A stretch of 20,021 bases of DNA from a candidate division WOR-3 bacterium (GTDB lineage Bacteria > Hydrothermota > Tepidihabitantia > SM23-42 > JAOAFX01): the NCBI GenBank assembly GCA_039802265.1, contig JBDRWI010000045.1, positions 1 to 20,021 on the forward strand. Direction: 5' to 3'. A program made the translations under genes and the position numbers. A model generated the notes under the pieces. That model saw only the letters and a program-made list of their open reading frames with translations, ran no database searches and was not told where the DNA came from. Shown here in pieces: positions 17,002 to 20,021 of the stretch (its first letter is position 1; each line of letters starts with the position of its first letter).

Positions 17002-17982
17002 TTATTCTATATCCTCATCAAAATGGACGCTCGGCACTTCACTCTTTGCTAAAACCCGCTTTAATTCGCGGTCATACTCCCTTGCTGCATCTATACCCCG
17101 CAATTTCAAAAGATAGTTCATTGCTACAACCTCAGCGATAACCGAGATATTCTTACCCGGGGTAAGGGGAATGAGAATATGGGGAATCTTTACCCCGAGG
17201 ATACTCTTTTCGCGATGACTCAGTCCGAGTCGGTCATACTCACCCTTTGCCTCATCCCAGAAGATAAGCTCAATTATCACCTCAATCCTTTTGCGCAGGC
17301 GGACTGACTTTACCCCGAAGATTCGGAAGACATCAATTATCCCTACGCCCCTTATCTCAAGGTGGTGGCGTAGTTTTTCACTCTTTTCAGCACCGGTTCC
17401 GATGAGCATCTCACCCCTTCTTACAATCTTTACCAGATCGTCAGCAACCAGACGATGACCCCGCTCAATCAAGTCAAGGGCACACTCACTCTTACCCGAG
17501 CCCGGCTTACCAATAAACAGTACACCGACACCGTAGATATCCATCAATGTCCCCTGGATGAATCGGGTGGGTGCGAGTTTATAATCAAGGTAGGTGGAGA
17601 GTGCATGGATAAACGGTGTGGTTGATAATGGTGTTCTTAAAATTGGAATCTTTCTCTTTTCTGCCTCTATTATTAATATCTTATCAATCTTTAAATTCTT
17701 GGTTACAATAACACAGGGGGTTCCAAGTTTCATCACGGTCGCAATCCGGCGATTCTTTACCCCCTTACTGATCGTCTTGAGATAACTGGTCTCGGTCTTA
17801 CCAATAATCATAATTCTGTCACTCAAAAAATATCCGGTATAGCCAGCAAGGGCAAGTCCAGGGCGAAAGATGTCACAGGTAGTTATATTTCTCTCTTTGA
17901 GATATTCGCCACCCGAAATTATCTCAAAATGAAAGTCTTTTTTCTTTTCCTGATAAAGGATTTCAGCAGTGATTTTGTTCAT
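17002..17982 (-). CDS. hprK: HPr kinase/phosphorylase
   Basis: RPGLALAG, GVGVLFIGKPGSGKSECALDLIERGHRLVADD, EIRGVGIID, YDRLG, PGKN. Confidence 0.97.
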   Translation of the reverse strand: MNKITAEILYQEKKKDFHFEIISGGEYLKERNITTCDIFRPGLALAGYTGYFLSDRIMIIGKTETSYLKTISKGVKNRRIATVMKLGTPCVIVTKNLKIDKILIIEAEKRKIPILRTPLSTTPFIHALSTYLDYKLAPTRFIQGTLMDIYGVGVLFIGKPGSGKSECALDLIERGHRLVADDLVKIVRRGEMLIGTGAEKSEKLRHHLEIRGVGIIDVFRIFGVKSVRLRKRIEVIIELIFWDEAKGEYDRLGLSHREKSILGVKIPHILIPLTPGKNISVIAEVVAMNYLLKLRGIDAAREYDRELKRVLAKSEVPSVHFDEDIE

Positions 17983-18296
17983 ATTCTTTTTGTCTTTGCG
18001 GCGACTCTCTTTCTCTCTCTGAACTTCTCTTCATATTTCTGAAGTTGCCGCTCTGCCTTTTTGACAATTTCATTTATTCCCTGATAGATATCATTGGTCT
18101 TCACCTTACTGGTAATTGTGGAATGTTTGACTAGGAGGCTAATTTCGACAATACTTATTGACTTATCTTTTTCTAAGACCAGATGCCCATCAATAATATG
18201 GTGTGAGAATCTTCTCAGCTTATTTAACTTCTTTCCGGCATAGGCAGTCAAGGCATCGGTCAATTCAAAATTTCTTGCGGAAATTGTTAGATTCAT
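17979..18296 (-). CDS. hpf: Ribosome hibernation promoting factor (short HPF/RaiA)
   Basis: MNLTISARNFELTDAL..Y..KKL.KL, DIY..I.....K.ERQL.KY; GGGAGG RBS; directly upstream of hprK. Confidence 0.92.
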   Translation of the reverse strand: MNLTISARNFELTDALTAYAGKKLNKLRRFSHHIIDGHLVLEKDKSISIVEISLLVKHSTITSKVKTNDIYQGINEIVKKAERQLQKYEEKFRERKRVAAKTKRI

Positions 18297-18336
18297 ATAA
18301 ACCTCCCTTAAACCTTATGCACCATAAATCCCTATA

Positions 18337-18468
18337 ACAAGATACATCAGGGGAGAACCCCTGAAACCCCCAGAGACGCTCCATCTTAAAGTTGTGCACT
18401 TTCCAGCGACTATCAGAAACCCCAGATGTATCTTGTCCATATTCTTTTCTATAATGAAAAATTTCATT
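18337..18468. repeat. Structured dispersed element, copy B
   Basis: ACAAGATACATCAGGGG(18337-18353)/CCCCAGATGTATCTTGT(18420-18436) pair 16/17; inner TCAGGGG-AGAA-CCCCTGA; CTATAATGAAAAATTTCATT at 18449-18468. Confidence 0.8.
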
Positions 18469-18471
18469 ACC

Positions 18472-18504
18472 ATTGTATAGGAATTTTTCAAATTCCTATA
18501 CAAT
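18472..18504. repeat. Perfect 15-bp hairpin
   Basis: ATTGTATAGGAATTT-TTC-AAATTCCTATACAAT. Confidence 0.85.
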
Positions 18505-18509
18505 TAAAT

Positions 18510-18537
18510 AGTATATTCATTATTTACTATTTATCAA
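18510..18537 (-). promoter_or_regulatory. Candidate sigma70-type promoter for the hpf operon
   Basis: TTGATA(18537-18532)-N16-TATACT(18515-18510); same geometry as the other promoters in the window, but the region is very AT-rich. Confidence 0.5.
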
Positions 18538-18577
18538 GACCAAAATCGAGGTTGCTAAAAGGGCAAATCTATGTCTG

Positions 18578-18653
18578 TTGTCATGCCAAACTTATTTCGG
18601 CATCTAACAGCATCTCAACAAAATTAGACCCGGAAATAAATTTAGGGTGACAA
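18578..18653. repeat. GTCA...TGAC-type paired palindromic (REP-like) repeat
   Basis: TTGTCATGCCAAACTTATTTCGGCATCT (18578-18605) and inverted partner AGACCCGGAAATAAATTTAGGGTGACAA (18626-18653), each an imperfect hairpin. Confidence 0.7.
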
Positions 18654-18805
18654 AAGGAGTAAACAAATTCAAGACAATGACACCGGCCCGTACTGTAGCA
18701 GTTAAATTTTTTCTAAATTTACTTCAATTATCCCCCTTCTTCCCCCCTCATCCTTACCCTCTCTCATCTGCCACACTGTATGGCGGATTTATAACAGGAA
18801 TTTGC

Positions 18806-20021
18806 CTATTTCAACATTATCGCCTTTTCTGTCTTCTTAAAATCTCCCGCCTCTAACCGCACAAAATAAACACCGGCTGAAAATCCCCCAGGTCTCACTA
18901 TAATTTCATTCATACCAATTCTGGACTTTTTTATATCCTCTTTATGCATCAACCGGCCACAGACATCGTAGAGTTTGACGGCGACTCTGCGGTTATCAGG
19001 AGAATTGAATCTGATTCTTATCATTCCTTTTGCCGGGTTTGGATAGATTCTATCAAGGTAAAACGCCCCTGTAAACTGCGCCTCTTCACCCTGTGGTCCA
19101 CCGCCTTGCTCCCCGGCATCCAAAATTGCAAAACCACTCAAGACTGCAAGACCATTGCCACCGGTAATCTCATTTGTTATTTCCATTATCCCATCCTGAA
19201 TAACCGCTTGGGGAATTGGTTTACGAATTGTTACCCGCTCACCTGAAGGAACCCATTTATGCTCATTAAAGATATCATCTATCCTCAATCGCTCATGCCA
19301 GTCCTGATTTGATTCATGATACCAGTCCCATTCTATCTCATATTTACCAGAAGGTTCAAGACCGGTAAAAGAATAGATAAGTTCTGTGCTATCATAATCC
19401 ACTGTCTTATAGGCTTCTTCACCATAGACCAAAAACCCATCCCGCTGGATTGTTGCTGAAGATGGGGTCTCTGCACCAAGGTCAATTGCATAGACCGGAA
19501 TCTCATCGGTTTTAAATACCTTCTTACCCGTGAATAGATAATAAGGTGGCTCATTGCCATCGGTAAATAGATAATAGAGCGTGCTCTGACGGGGACCGCG
19601 ATAAAATGCCGCCTGAGGGAGTATTGACCTTCTTAAAGTATTGCTCAAGTTCTCAGGCTCGGTCCAGGTATAACCACTCAAACGGGAATAGTATATCTCA
19701 TAATTTATGCTATCTATCTGCTCAGACCAGAGCACCTGATTATTTAGACAAATCGGAAAGACCGAAATGTTAGTCCCTTTATCCAGACGCTCAACACTTC
19801 CCCAGGCACTATTGATAAACTTCCTCCGGCAGAGAATTTGAGAACCAGGACCCGGCATCGGGTTACCTGCCCAGACAACGGTTATTTCGTCATTATTTAT
19901 CCCGATACAGGGCTGGTCATAAATACCAAGTGGAGAGATTACCTGTGGTCCGGTCCAATTTGCCCCAGTCTTATTCTGATACCGAATTTCTGAGCGAATT
20001 GTATAAGCAATATGGAGTGAA
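18806..20021 (-). CDS. T9SS type A sorting-domain-like secreted protein, 3' part; starts beyond the right edge
   Basis: Frame stays open from 19858 to the window end (SLHIAYTIRSEIRYQNKTGANWTGPQVIS...). Propeller-like EIYYSR..TWT.PENLS segments; C-terminal IYPNP..LYDVCGR..FSAGVYFVRL..K domain. Confidence 0.85.
   Translation of the reverse strand, partial: SLHIAYTIRSEIRYQNKTGANWTGPQVISPLGIYDQPCIGINNDEITVVWAGNPMPGPGSQILCRRKFINSAWGSVERLDKGTNISVFPICLNNQVLWSEQIDSINYEIYYSRLSGYTWTEPENLSNTLRRSILPQAAFYRGPRQSTLYYLFTDGNEPPYYLFTGKKVFKTDEIPVYAIDLGAETPSSATIQRDGFLVYGEEAYKTVDYDSTELIYSFTGLEPSGKYEIEWDWYHESNQDWHERLRIDDIFNEHKWVPSGERVTIRKPIPQAVIQDGIMEITNEITGGNGLAVLSGFAILDAGEQGGGPQGEEAQFTGAFYLDRIYPNPAKGMIRIRFNSPDNRRVAVKLYDVCGRLMHKEDIKKSRIGMNEIIVRPGGFSAGVYFVRLEAGDFKKTEKAIMLK

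Noticed and set aside
18315..18856. Short ORFs 18315-18503, 18426-18650 and 18647-18856
   Set aside because: They lie over the repeat cluster and have no motifs or RBS.
1081..19560. Other nested or antisense ORFs in the track (e.g. 1623-2012, 3745-4305, 9472-9789, 16616-17116)
   Set aside because: Shadow frames of well-supported genes with no family motifs.

Overview
AT-rich bacterial chromosomal window, mostly housekeeping genes. The mix of T9SS-type C-terminal domain proteins, an LpxH-like enzyme, HprK and a large SRP RNA resembles diderm candidate phyla such as WOR-3 (inference). Left: a tightly coupled minus-strand run smpB-amidase-murI-rph-M6 protease-asmA-mutM (mutM partial and missing from the ORF track). 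Centre: a PhzF-family gene and an HD-GYP gene converge on a repeat-rich intergenic region, followed on the plus strand by LpxH-like, TPR lipoprotein, solute-binding protein, large Alu-type SRP RNA (ffs), dnaX and ybaB. Right: minus-strand hpf-hprK-EIIA(Man)-acyl-CoA ligase, a second repeat-rich intergenic region and a partial T9SS-domain protein. Most interesting: (1) a dispersed ~100-bp structured element (8927-9058, 18337-18468, partial third unit at 9060) with co-varying terminal stems, a conserved TTGTGC loop and an invariant 20-bp flank; (2) an extra hairpin in the SRP RNA Alu domain; (3) apparent leaderless transcription from mostly 16-bp-spacer promoters; (4) an in-frame heptamer-repeat insertion in mutM. 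No CRISPR array, tRNA, rRNA or transposase was seen.
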